Counted from the stretch's first letter, positions 12,653 to 25,469 are shown. The stretch is DNA of 64,000 nt from Octopus vulgaris (GCA_951406725.2 OX597814.1:169074001-169138000), one strand, 5' to 3'. The notes: generated by a model not told the origin, from the sequence alone. A program made the numbers and translations.

Positions 12653-12676
12653 AATATGTACCGCCGAAATGATTAC
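12570..12676 (-). ncRNA. U6: U6 snRNA, full-length divergent copy (variant or pseudogene)
   Basis: Reverse complement GTAATCATTTCGGCGGTACATATTCTAAAATTGGAACGATACAGAGAAGATTAGCATGGCCCCTGCGCAAGGATTACACACAAATTCGGGAAGCGTTCCATATTTTT. ACAGAGA box and AGC triad intact; several substitutions elsewhere. Confidence 0.95.
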
Positions 12677-12699
12677 CTCATGGGAGAGCCATTTTAGCC

Positions 12700-12709
12700 A
12701 TATAAAAAA
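12700..12709 (-). promoter_or_regulatory. TATA-like box upstream of U6
   Basis: TTTTTTATAT at about -33 to -24 relative to the U6 +1 (12676), the expected position for a type 3 Pol III promoter. Confidence 0.55.
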
Positions 12710-12981
12710 CACATTTCTTATAGTAAAAGACCACAATATTCTGCGTTTAAACCTGCCAAATCGTTCTATATCTCTCTGTACACGGGTACACCGTGCAAAT
12801 AACGACTTTTTAAATTTATGATTATTATGAAAGTATTATTTTAATAACATTATAATTATTTCGCTAATTATATATTTACCGCTCTGATTTAGCTGGTTTG
12901 ACAAGTTACACTTTGGTGTTGAAACATCATAAAGAAAAAGTAGATTTGAAATTATGTGAATTGTTTGAAATATTTACATCT

Positions 12982-13710
12982 GGCGTGGCTGCGTGGTAAG
13001 AAGCTTGCTTCCCAACTACATGGTTCCGGGTTCAGTCTCACTGAGTGACACCTTCGGCGAGTGTCTTCTACTATAAGTCTCTGGCCGACCAAGACATTGT
13101 GAGTGGATTTGATAGACGGAAACTGAAAGAAGCCCGTCGCATATGTACATGTATATATGTATTACATACAAAATTTAGAGCACTGGCCATTAAAGTGGAC
13201 AGCCTATATGCTAAACATAGACGTCAAATCGCCATTACCACGAAGAATGTGTTTTCAAGAAAAATGTCAGCAAAAAAATCAAAATGTAAAAATAAGCAAG
13301 ACAAATGAAAATATACGAAATAAAAAACGATTACCTATGTACCATTGGTTTCACTTGTTAATATTTACGTATATGAACACGCAAATATCTGCAAGATCGT
13401 CAGCATAGTCTGTCGTTTACAAAACATATCTTCCAGAGCTAGATACAGAACGCTATATGTATATATTTATATGTATGTGGTTGTCTTTGTGTTTGTGTTT
13501 GTCCTCCCACCATCGCTTGACAACCGATGTTGGCGTGTTTACGTCCCCATAACGTGTCGGTTCGGCAAAATAGTCCGATAGAATAAATACTAGGCTTACA
13601 AAGAATAAGATCTGGGGTCGATTTGTTCGACTATAAACCCCTTCAAGGCGGTGCTCCAGTATAGCCGCAGTCTAACGACTGAAACAACTAAAAGAATAAA
13701 ATAATAAAGA
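12982..13710 (+). mobile_element. Family B SINE split by ~330 bp of extra sequence in its internal microsatellite
   Basis: 5' half 12982-13140, 3' half ~13480-13710. Confidence 0.7.
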
Positions 13711-14353
13711 ACCTAAGGTAAATGCAAATATTTCCCAAAATTCAGATCTTAATGTTGTCCTATTTTCCTGTTTTCTATTGTCTTCTTTAGTCTTACTCTT
13801 TACTTACTTCTCCCAACTTTGGTAGGTGTCTTCTTTCGAACTGTGTTTTCTGCGTGAAATTGGGTGGACGAAAATTCTGTGAAAACCTTTTTTTGTTATC
13901 CGTGATTTCTTTCCAACTATTGATGTATTTCACACTGCAGAAATCGTTAACTAACCGAAGTGCACTCTTCATAAAAAGCGACGAGCACGCATATACAACC
14001 GAACTCGCATGATCTCACATAATTTTACAGTTAGTAATTAACATAACAGTATATGACAATTATAGAATAATCCAGTGCTTCATTCACCGCATAGCAAAAG
14101 AAATAGCATTTAGAAGAAATGTCAAAAAGTTAGAAATTAGTGAGTAAAACAAAACCAAGTAATTAACAGCACAAAATATAATGAGAAAAAAATCAAGTTA
14201 TTGTTTAGCATTATAATCATATAATCATTTAAATAGATGGACGTTCTTCTAGTTCATTTTGCTGTGCTAGAATTATTTCTTGCAATTATATTAGAGTGAT
14301 GAATTGATACGACCTTATCAAGTGTTTTCGAAATTTTACTCATTAGTGTACGG

Positions 14354-14399
<46 letters not shown>

Positions 14400-14617
14400 T
14401 GGTGGTGGTGGTGGTGGTGGTGGTTTACCCATATCCTGCGAATATTCAACGCTTTGACGGGTTTTCAACTATATTATTAGTCTTCAGACCAACACATGCT
14501 GCGGACAAACTCAAACGTTGAGGTTTACCTTTCAATCCAGCTTGAAGTGAGCGAAGTAGTAGTAGTAGTGTAGTAGTAGTGGTGGTGGTGGTGGTGGTGG
14601 TGGTGGTAGTGGTAGTG

Positions 14618-14662
<45 letters not shown>

Positions 14663-15228
14663 AAGTGAGAGATTAGCATTATCCGTAGGTTTGCAGCAAT
14701 TTCTGTTAACTTGAGTTTCGGATTCCGGCTTCGAGAAGACTGACTTTTGAGTCTGTATCACGTCTCTTCTCTGTAAAACGATTTGGGACGTGGTGATAAG
14801 AAACTATTTCAATCGCGAACACTCTTTCAACTAATGGATATTTCAGCTAGTCGAACTTTCTTTTATGATAAATCATCTGTCCTTTCTAGTACTGAACGAC
14901 GTGTTAAGTTAATCATAAACGCTTTGAGGAAATTGGATCTCTAAAGCTCTAGAAGGCGATGATCTAATAATATTTAGTAAAGCAAATAGGAGTTTATTTT
15001 TGTCCTATTGTTTTATCGTTTTGTTTGTTTGCATTAGATATAATTGAAGAGGTAGTTTTCCATATGATTCCATTGTATCGGTCACTTTGTCCATTTGATG
15101 GTGGATGGTGAGGAGTCGTTTTAGGAACATGAACAATATTCCATCAACTTATGAATTCCCTAAATTCAGAGCTTTCAGATTCATTGCTACGGTTAATTTG
15201 AACAGAACTTGGAGCAACAAATAAGGTA

Positions 15229-15893
15229 CAAGTGGGTGCTGAAAAGTTACTATCTGTCTCGAAAGGCCTGGTTGGAGGCCTAACCTTCTGAGTTTTTTTT
15301 TATTTTTATAAGGGACCACTGCAATAAGTGTGTGAATCTAAGAGGAGAATATGTGGATCTTTTCGGTTTGAACGGCAGTTTTTAAAAATAATTTCCACGT
15401 AACTATAAGCACTTTTAAACTTCGTATACTGGTAGAATGTGTTTATAAAACACTTTTCCTCTTGGCTTTATTGAAAAAATTCTATAGTTTTTGAGATATT
15501 TGTTGTGTTTTTTTCTTCAATTTCTGCAATTTCAACCAATCAATGATCTTCTATTGAGGTGAAAAACATTCTGTGCCGTATGAAAATGTCCTTCGTTTAA
15601 GAAACAGATTGGGTTTATTTACATTTCTGAAGTAAAAAAGATACCCTTCCCCCACCCCTAACCCTAACCCTAACTCTAACACTAACCTAACCCTAACCCT
15701 AACCCTAAAATAGATTGAAATGCAATAGATCGATACTAGGGTCATAATTATGGATGACAATTTCATATGACACCGCTAGAAAAAACTGCCGTACAAACCG
15801 AAAAGATCCGAATATGTTGAATAAAACCATAATTAACTGGTTCGCCTGTATTTTCTTTTACCCAAAGCCAAGGAACTTTTCAGCATCCCCTCG
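15229..15893. mobile_element. Mariner-like MITE hosting a nested Merlin-type MITE
   Basis: TA|CAAGTGGGTGCTGAAAAGTT ... AACTTTTCAGCATCCCCTCG|TA. Confidence 0.75.
15355..15809. mobile_element. Merlin-type MITE with internal (TAACCC)n
   Basis: TIR GGATCTTTTCGGTTTGAACGGCAGTTTTT; perfect 8-bp TSD GAATATGT. Confidence 0.9.
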
Positions 15894-16102
15894 TAAATAA
15901 CGACGGGAAGCATTGAATTATAGTTTGTAAAGTTGTTTTTCTTTAAGGTAATTACGAAATGGTAACGCGTAACTTCACAGGGTACTGTCAAAATATGAGT
16001 TACTCATTTTAGCTATTGGTTTTGGCGACATTGCTTCGAAGGTTTTGTTTACTGAATAAGCTAGGCAGATGTAATTTTGGTTTACCTAAATCCTTTGAAT
16101 GT

Positions 16103-16433
16103 GGAGGTACATGGCCTAGTGGTTAGAGCAGCGGACTTGCGGTCGAGGAATCGCAGGTTCGAATCTCAGACCGGGCGATGTGTGTGTTTATGAGCGAAAC
16201 ACCTAAGCTCCACGCGGCTCCGGCAGAAGGTAATGGCGAACTTCTGCTGACTCTTTCCCCACAACTTTCTCTCACTCTTTCGCCACAACTTTCTCTCGCT
16301 CTTTCCTCCTGCATCTTGCAGCTCACCTGCGACGGACCGGCGTCCCGTCCAGGTGAGGAACCTATTCGCCAAGGAAACCGGGAAACCTGTCTTTATGAGC
16401 CAGGCATGGCTTGAGAAGGAATAAACAAAACAA
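16103..16433 (+). mobile_element. tRNA-derived SINE, family C, full length
   Basis: A box TGGCCTAGTGG, B box GGTTCGAATC, tail with AACAA repeats. TSD AAATCCT(T/G)TGAAT. Confidence 0.88.
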
Positions 16434-16774
16434 AAAATCCTGTGAATATTCAACGTTTTGACGGGTTGTCAACTATATTATTAGTCTTCAGACCAATGCA
16501 TGCTGCGGACAAACTCAAGCGTTGAGGTTTACCTTTCAATCCAGCCTGAAGTGACCGAAATTATGATAATGCAGACATTCCCAACAAGGCAAAGTTATGT
16601 ATTTCACAAACAAGAAACCTTATCGAACGTCTTCTTTTTACCGTTTGCTTATTTTAAAGTCTGGTACTTTTTCCATCGGACAATTTAAACAAATTAACAC
16701 CAATTGTCAAGCAGGGAAGTGGGTAGAAAGACGAACACACACACACACACACACGCACAATCGAACATACATAA

Positions 16775-18178
16775 TGTGTTTGACAATCGATGGATGGCGA
16801 GTTTCAAGGCATCAGTGGTGAAGCGGGGCTCGCGGGGTCGGAGTTGAACTCTCCTCCCTACTCCATTCGTACTTTATTCCGGTTTGGGTTATCATTCGTT
16901 TTATATTTGTTTAAATTTTTTTTTTAATTCATCTTTGTGTAACTTCATTCGTTAATCTGACCCTTCAATCAAATTGTACTGTCCAAATCTATGTTGTACT
17001 CCTGGTGGGAAATAAAAAATCTCATTCTTAGCGCATGTCTGTTGTCGTGTGAACTTTTTGCCAGTGCTTCTTGTGTATTTGTTGCGGTGAGGTGAGGTTG
17101 TTTTGCGGTTGTTTTTGTTAAAAACTGTTTATTGCTTCGTTGAAGCAGCTTGTTTTCAATACCCCAGTGCGGGGGAATTATTGTTGAATTGTGCGGCTTT
17201 GAGGCAATTCTGTGCGGCGTAAGCCCAAATTTTTCTCTGTCCGGCGTTTTGCCTTAAATTGCATTTTGTTAAAAAAAAATAAACATCATGGAGTCTCCCT
17301 TGAGTTCAAGTGACTCACCAGATAGACTAATTATGAATATGCCTGTTTTTGTAATAGGTGAAAAGCAGGAATCACCAGCGTTGACGCCAAAAAGGTTCGC
17401 TGAGGTTGCGGGAAGAAGGGAAACTCTGATAAACACTGAGAAAAGTAACTTGCAAATAAGGAGGGGACCGAAATTCAAGTGGCTCCTCCGGAAGAAACAA
17501 CAGACCAAGTCAAAAGGAGAAGAATTTTGTTTAAAACTTACAATATAGTGGGGGAAAGGTATACAAAACCGAGGAGAAAATAGTGGAGAAATGTCTCAGA
17601 CCTATTTGGTCTGATATCAAATACATTAACTGTGGTAAAAAGATTCGGAACGGTTTAAGTCGGAGGAAGTAGCCAGGCGGTACTCCTCGGAGACCCTAAG
17701 AACGGAGGAGGTGGTACTACTTCGTATATATATAGGAAGAAGAACGTCAAAGGTGAAAGGGTTAAAGTCAGGCACCTTCATCTCTGGCCCTGAATTGGTT
17801 AATTACTTCACCTTTCACTTTAAAAGGAAAATAGGGCTAGAGAGAAAATTCCTAACTGTGAAAATGTTTAAAAATCGATGGAAGAACGTAGCACGGATAT
17901 TGCGTGTGAATGCAACCTCTTGAATGCGACACAGGACGTACCTCAGGTATCAGTGGCGAGGCTGGGCTCGTGAGGTCTGAATTAAACCCGCCTTCCCACT
18001 CCATCCGTAATGTCTTCCATTCTGTCCTATCATTCGATTTCTTTATATTTTCTTATTTTGTAAATTTTTAACCTCATATTTATGTTATAACCATTCGTTC
18101 AACTGACCCCAAATCAGATTGCGTTGTCCCTTTCTATGTTGTCCCCTTGTGGGGAAATAAAAAATCTTCATTCTTAGT
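16775..18178 (+). mobile_element. Head-to-tail remnants of a LINE (probably Tx1/L1 group): 3' end, then an internally deleted unit
   Basis: ~230-bp 3'UTR repeated at 16806-17030 and 17944-18178, each preceded by F.NRW-coding sequence. Decayed ORF1-like frames at 17288-17860. Confidence 0.5.
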
Positions 18179-19309
18179 GCAAGTTTTGAAGAGTACAGTT
18201 CTATTTTAATAGATATATTTTCAAAGCTATTACGGAAGTGACAAAGGAGCATATTCGGCATATTTTGCTTTATGATTTCAATAAAAGCAACAGCACAACG
18301 GAGAGCGCGAGGAATATTAATGCAGTATATGGGGATCGGACAATAAGCATAAGCCAGTGTCAACAGTGGTTCCAGAGATTCCGAGCCAGAAACTACAGCC
18401 TAGAAGATGATCCTCGTCCTGGAAGATCTGTAGAGCTCGACGAGGACGTCCTCCAAACTCTGGTGGAACAAAATTCCATCGTAACTGTTGAGGAACTAGC
18501 GGAGAAGCTTGGATTTGGTCATTCAATCATTCAGCTACACCTGCGTACCATCGGAAAATTCAGCAAATTGGGACAATGGATTCCTCACAAACATTCCGAG
18601 TCTAATCGCGTGCAGAAAGTGAAATGTGTGCTCTTCTTATCACGTCTCACGAATGAACCTTTTTTGGACCGAATAATGAATGGTAACGAGAAATGGGTTC
18701 TCTATAAAAATGTCAAGCGCTGAAGGCAGTGAATAGGGAAAAAGAGAAACAACAGAATCCCAGGCTAAAGGTCTTCACCCACGTAAGGTGTTGTTATCTG
18801 TTTGGTGAGATATGAAAGGTTTAGTCCACTTTGAACTTTTAAACCCAAGCCAAACGATAACAAAGGAGATCTATTGGGAGCAGCTTGAGCGGCTTAAGTC
18901 AGCGCTGGAAGAAAAACGACTATGGTTGCTTTCAAGACGAAAGGTGTTCCTTCATCAGGATAATACTCAGCCACACACAGCGAGGATGGCATTCCAAAGG
19001 CTGGAGCAGTTTGAATATTCGCCGGACATTGCCCCATCTGATTGTCATTTATTCCGCAGTCTTCAAAATCATTTGGACAGAAAAAATATGAATTCTGTAG
19101 ATGAGGTCAGAACAGTATTGGAGGAGCATTTTTTCGTCACGGACAAGTGACTTTTGGAAGAGGAGCCTTGCAAGTCTACCAGATTGATGGAAGAGCATTG
19201 TAGAAAATGAAGAAGAGTATATTTTAGATTAAAAAAAGAACTTTGTTTATCTTAATTCTGAAAAATTAATGAGGAATAAAGAAACCGCATTATTGATGGG
19301 ATGACCAAA
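18179..19309 (+). mobile_element. Mariner transposon, defective, left TIR missing
   Basis: HIRHILLYDF...QQWFQRF...DDPRPGRS, WIPHKH (WVPHEL-like), FLHQDN, YSPDIAPSD. Right TIR ...TTATTGATGGGATGACCAAA|TA; stops and frameshifts. Confidence 0.92.
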
Positions 19310-19316
19310 TATGTGG

Positions 19317-19355
<39 letters not shown>

Positions 19356-20014
19356 AGTATGTATGTATGTATGTATGTATGTATGTATGTATGTATGTAT
19401 GTATATACATAAAAGCCTCTTTCGATTTTGATATACAAAATTTACGATCTTTTGATATTTGTTTAAGAAAACTGACAGTCATAAAGAGATTTCCCATATT
19501 GTTGTGCCAATGAATATAATTTTATTCGTTCACTGAGTTTATTTTTATGTTACTAGTAAATTTCGATGCGATGAAAATTTTTGCTCCTGAATAATATTGT
19601 TACACTATCTTCAGCTTCCTATTTTCAAATTTCAGGCCATTCTATTTCGTCGTAGTAACCAGTTGTTGTATCTCCCAGACTTTAATGGAAATAAATCAGT
19701 GTTTATCATTCTCATCTGGATTCATGACTATAAGACATGTTTCAAATAGATAATAGAATATCTTTTAACGTAGAACGATCGATTCTTATTCATGATACAG
19801 TTTAATACAGTGACATCTGGAGTATGAAAATTGTAATCTGTAATTTCAAGAAGTCAATATCTAACCAAAGACGAATTACACGCTCCGGAAACTGTTGACG
19901 AACATAAGTCACTTCGTCCAGTTTTTATAAGTAGTGAGCAAGTGTGTGCACAGGACTCTCGTGATCTCACATGATTCTATTGTATGTTACTCTTTTATCA
20001 ATGTAAGACATTTA

Positions 20015-20600
20015 AGGTGGCGAGCTGATAGAAACGTTAGCACGCCGGGCGAAATGCGTAGCCGTACTTCGTCTGCCGCTACGTTCTGAGTTCAAATTCC
20101 ACCGAGGTCGACTTTGCCTTTCATCCTTTCGGCGTCGATAAATTAAGTACCAGTTACGCACTGGGGTCGATGTAATCGACTTAATCCGTTTGTCTGTCCT
20201 TGTTTGTCCTCTCTGTGTTTAGCCCCTTGTGGGTAGTAAAGAAATAGGTATTTCGTCTGCCGCTACGTTCTGAGTTCAAATTCCACCGAGGTCGACTTTG
20301 CCTTTCATCCTTTCGGGGTCGATAAATTAAGTACCAGTTACGTCCTGGGGTCGATGTAATCGACTTAATGCCTTTGTCTGTCCTTGTTTGTCCCCTCTGT
20401 GTTTAGCCCCTTGTGGGTAGTAAAGAAATAGAAATAGGTATTTCGTCTGCCGTTACATTCTGAGTTCGAATTCCGCCGAGATCGACTTTGCCTTTCGTCC
20501 TTTCGGAGTCGATAAAATAAGTACCAGTTGAGTACTGTGGTCAATGTAATCGACTACCCCACACCCACGAATTTCGGGCCTCGTGCCTTTAGTAGAATGG
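20015..20600 (+). mobile_element. Tandem trimer of family A SINE
   Basis: Full copy 20015-20248 followed by two 5'-truncated copies, each starting GGTATTTCGTCTGCCG. Confidence 0.88.
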
Positions 20601-20820
20601 ATTATTGTTGCTTAAGGAAAGAAGTGCAGCAGCCATAACCTTCGCAAAGTCTCCAAGATTGGCAAGAAGTGGAGGAAAGAAAGCACTACATATGAATTGG
20701 TGCAGTTCGAAGAAACACATAAGGAAATATACACGTTACCATAAGGCTTGCTCTGACCAAACCTCAACATATCCTTCCTACTATTTAAATAAGCAAGCGA
20801 TAACTTATTAATAATAATAA

Positions 20821-22050
20821 TCTTTTCTTTACTGGCCACAGGGACGAACACAGAACAAAAAGTACAATACAAAAACATAGTACAAGTAGGGCTTAACACA
20901 AAAAATGTGTAAACAAAATAATTAACAAAACGGGAAGTTCATCCCAGGGGCAACCAAGGAACCTTACACATTCTGGTTACCCTGATCTCCAAGGGCCATC
21001 TTCGTCACATTTATCTACCTTTCAACAAAAATACTGGAGGGTGGGACAGCACTTCCCTCTCCACTGTCCCTTTTCTTTTTAAGTGGAACTCGAAAATGTC
21101 GATGAGAGCTTGGCTGAAGAGGAAATATCTTTCTTCAGTCCTTTCAACCTCCTTCACCACACTACCTCTTTCACCGTAGCCATCAAACAGATGAAGACTG
21201 TATGCTCCACTCAGCCAAAAGAAGGCGGCGGGGCGATCTTCGCGTGGGATTCGGCCGATAACCAGATCCACCCTACACGTGTCAACAGCTGTTCGACAAA
21301 GCACCACATGTCAGCAATTCCCGGATACTGGACAAATGCCTGCAAAGCAGTTTCATCGCACTGCGCGCATCTCGGACAGGTTCGTCTAATAGTACTTCCG
21401 TGCCTGTAGAGCTTATCCCGAACTGGCAGAACACTTCAGTAGCATTGCCCATAGATTTCTGGAGATTATCCATAGGCCTCAGTCCAAAAGACCAGCTAAT
21501 TGATCTCCCTCGGTGCCCAGAGTTTTCCCCGAGGACGTCGTAACTGTTGCCCACTATTAATCCCTATAGAGCTCCAGTGTGGAACTTGCACCGGCTGTAT
21601 TTATTTCTTTACTACCCACAAGGGGCTAAACATAGAGGGGACAAACAAGGACAGACACACGGATTAAATCGATTACATCGACTCCAGTGCGTAACTGGTA
21701 CTTATTTAATCGACCCCGAAAGGATGAAAGGCAAAGTCGACTTCGGTGGAATTTGAACTCAGAATGTAACGGCAGACGAAATACGGCTATGCATTTCGCC
21801 CGGCGTGCTAACGTTTCTGCCAGCTCGCCGCCTTCTTTGCACCGACTGTATTACCCGACTGGCAGAAGACTGAAAGCAGCTGCCGATACTCCAAGTGTCA
21901 AGCGCTCTTCCTGGATCTATGTTTGATCCAAAACTATGTAGTTCCGTCAATGAGACGTGCTGCGGAAACCCGAACTTTAACACTCTGACCTTTACACTCA
22001 ACCCAAATGCTAACCTAGATCAGATCATTTAGCTGCGTAAGACTAAGGAC
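20821..22050 (-). mobile_element. Tx1/L1-group LINE remnant (ORF2 C-terminal zinc-binding region and 3'UTR)
   Basis: Minus-strand reading ...CYRSVLPVRDKLYRHGSTIRRTCPRCAQCDETA... (zf-RVT-like). 3' end abuts (TAA)n. Confidence 0.7.
21601..21834 (-). mobile_element. Family A SINE nested in the LINE
   Basis: TSD TTGCACCG(G/A)CTGTATT. Confidence 0.9.
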
Positions 22051-22534
22051 ACTGCGGTAGTAACACCGACTCAAGTAACACCGACTCAACAAAAATGATA
22101 CTGCACAAGGCAAGGGATTGGCAAAACAAGTAAATATACTAGAAGAAAAGTTTGCTGGATTTTTCGCATCTTGATGCTATCATTTCATGAAGAAACATAA
22201 CCTAAGCATGAAAGTAAAAGAAGAAGCTTGAAGAGAATGCAGAATAACTCGGGGAGTTTTTTTCGAATATGTGATCACCGTCAGAAAAGAAACAAAATAT
22301 GAAGTATAACAAAGCAAATAGACGGAACTATCTTAGTCACGTTATAGGGCTCCGGATAAATCATTTCACTGGCCCTACGCATTTAAAAGATTTTGGTGCC
22401 CCCTTTATATATATAATTCAAAATACAAAAAATAGCAAATCATGAAATAGATTTTTATTTTTCAAAATGAAACAAAACTAACAATAAGATGGAAAATAAT
22501 GTTTATTTTGTATATTTCCACTTTATTCATATTT

Positions 22535-22718
22535 ACTCTTTTCTCTTTTACTTGTTTCAGTCATTTGACAGTGGCCATGCTGGAGCATTGCCTTTAGTTG
22601 AGCAAATCAACCCCCAGGACTTATTCTTTGTAAGCCTAGTACTTATTCTATCGGTTTCTTTTGCCGAACCGCTAAGTTACAGGGACGTAAACACACCAGC
22701 ATCAGTTGTCAAATACAG

Positions 22719-22777
<59 letters not shown>

Positions 22778-22958
22778 TATATATATATATACACATATAC
22801 GACGGGCTTCTTTCAGCTTCTGTCTACCAAATCCACTCACAAGGCTTTGGCCGGCCCGAGGCTATAGTAGAAAACTCTTGCCCAAGGTGCCACGCAGTGG
22901 AGCTGAACTCGGAACCATGTGGTTGGTAAACAAGCTACTTCCCACACAGCCACTCCTA
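22535..22958 (-). mobile_element. Family B SINE
   Basis: Homologous to 12152-12569. Confidence 0.88.
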
Positions 22959-23698
22959 TTTGAAAATTTGTCTACTTTTTTGTTTTAATTTGCAAAATCT
23001 TCGATCAGATCCTCACTATGACACCATGAATACTTCGAAATTATATTTCCGATCATATATACCACTTCGAATATTATCTTAGCAAGTTTAAAGTGATTTC
23101 TTTTGTGCCGTAAACAATTTACCATTTCTGTGGCGCATCCACTGTCCTTGATGCCTTATGCATGTGCTTATTTTGCTCAATGGTTCATCCAATGCTGACT
23201 GAGCACTATGATATTGAGAGCTGGCCAAAGTATACGTAGATTAGAATTGCTCCCTAGACCCGTGTTCATGCCTTAAGACGGCACTGCAATTAGGCAATAT
23301 GTAAACTGTAGTTGTAACTTAACGGGTATTAATCGAACACACTAAGTCATTTTCAAGATTTTTTATTTTTCTTTCTTTTTTTCTTTTTCTCTTTTGAGAT
23401 CTTTTCTGCTTGGCTGCACTTGTAAAAAATTTTAAGTTCAGTGAAGATTTTAAAATTTGATACATTGATGTAATTTTCCATGCTGAATCTATACAAATAA
23501 CTTCGTCTTCCATGTTGTAAAATACGGTAACGCATGGTGACCATCATAAATAGACACTGTATTTTATTGACGTAAGCTAAATGTAACATAGTCAGCTGTA
23601 TGTGACACGCAAGAAAAATTTACACTAAAGATTAGTTTCAGAGAACTCCCTTTTCATGAACACACACACACACACGATCTCTCTCTCTCTCTCTCTTC

Positions 23699-23729
<31 letters not shown>

Positions 23730-23822
23730 TTTCTCTCAGTCACGCACATTCTCACACACCCGAATGCACGCGCTCGCACTCTCCGAATATAACGGAGCCT
23801 TGAATGTCACCAGTCTCTATAG

Positions 23823-24391
23823 TAGTGCTCCGCAACCCTTTCGCATTTGCTGAACACTTATATTCTTTTCATAATTCGGTGGCACACCTGAACTAAAACT
23901 AGAAGTATAGGGGAAAAAAATTATATTCAGGTTATACTGTGGCACACCAGTATGTCATACAGTGACATCTGGAGTATGAAAATTGTAATCTGTAATTTCA
24001 AGAAGTCAATGTCTAACCAAAGACGAATTATACGCTCCGGAAACTGTTGACGAACATAAGTCACTTCGTCCAGTTTTTATAAGTAGTGAGCAAGTGTGTG
24101 CACAGGACTCTCGTGATCTCACATGATTCTATTGTATATTACTCTTTTATCAATATAAGACATTTTGAGGCGGCGAGCTGATAGAAACGTTAGCACGCCG
24201 GGCGAACTTCTTAACGCCATTTCGTCCTAGTTCAAATTCCGCCGAGGTCGACTTTGCCTTTCATCCTTTCGGGGTCGATTAAATAAGTACCAGTTACGCA
24301 CTGGGGTCGATATAATCGACTTCATCCCTTTATTTGTCCTCTCTGTGTCTAGCCCCTTGTGGGTAGTAAAGAAATAGGTTGTAGAGCACTG
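23823..24391. mobile_element. hAT (Buster/Charlie-like) MITE containing a copied local segment and a SINE
   Basis: TIR TAGTGCTCCGCAACC / GGTTGTAGAGCACTG; perfect 8-bp TSD CTCTATAG with central TA; GGCACACC subterminal motifs. Confidence 0.8.
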
Positions 24392-24445
24392 CTCTATAGT
24401 ATGCACAGAAGATTATCGGGTAGCAAAGTAGTCGGAAGCTTGACC

Positions 24446-24672
24446 GGCGAGCTGGCAGAACCGTTAGCACGCCGGGCGAAATGCGTAGCCGTATTTCGTC
24501 TGCCGTCACGTTCTGAGTTCAAATTCCGCCGAGGTCGACTTTGCCTTTCATCCTTTCGGGGTCGATAAATTAAGTACCAGTTTCGCACTGGGGTCGATAT
24601 AATCGACTTAATCCGTTTGTCTGTCCTTGTTTGTCCCCTCTATGTTTAGCCCCTTGTGGGTAATAAAGAAAC
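24446..24672 (+). mobile_element. Family A SINE
   Basis: Close to family consensus. Confidence 0.9.
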
Positions 24673-25195
24673 AAATACCTCGGAAACGCCATTACAGGTA
24701 GTCAGAACAATCTAAACAACCTCCATCCCCATTGCACCCCTACACACCCGACAGTTTAAGTAGTGAATATATCCGGGTATGGTGTATTAAATTATGTTCA
24801 TGTAAAACTATTTTGTTTGAAACCAGATATTTTTTACGAAATAAATATCTATGATAAACCGTCAAAACCTTTCTTTTTCTTTTTCATTCTGCATATACTT
24901 TGCTAATTGTAGGGTGCGTCTAATCACTAGTAGCTGCTTAAAAAGAAAGGAATACGGCAATTTAATATTTAGTTTCCACAACTATGTGAACGGTAATTTG
25001 TATACACTCTGTATATTATAAAGATTATAAATGAAACATTTTCACAAGACAGACAGCGGTTATTTTTTTATTTTTATTTTTTTTTTTGATAGTCGGAAGA
25101 AAAAGAAAAGCGAAACAAAATTATTCACTAGGATACGAGGATAAATAAGATATATATCACCATCATCGTCATCGTCATCAGCATCTCCCACCACA

Positions 25196-25226
<31 letters not shown>

Positions 25227-25469
25227 CTTCTTCTTCTTCTTCTTCTTCTTCTTCTTCTTCACTCTGGTAAACAAAATTCTTTTTTTCCCTCAATTTCTTA
25301 AAAATTCATTCTGACTGTCTTTTTTTTTTTTTGTAAATAAAAAGTTTTAATTATTAATTGGTAAGGCGAGCAGACGACTTGCTAAAAATGACAGCGAAAA
25401 TCACTCTCAAATCAAACCTTATCTTATCTTGAAAAAAAGGACATATAAATAAATGCGTATCTATATATC

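Noticed and set aside
12712-12726. PSE-like TTACTATAAG upstream of U6
   Set aside because: Spacing is closer than the vertebrate PSE, and the host PSE consensus is not known to me.
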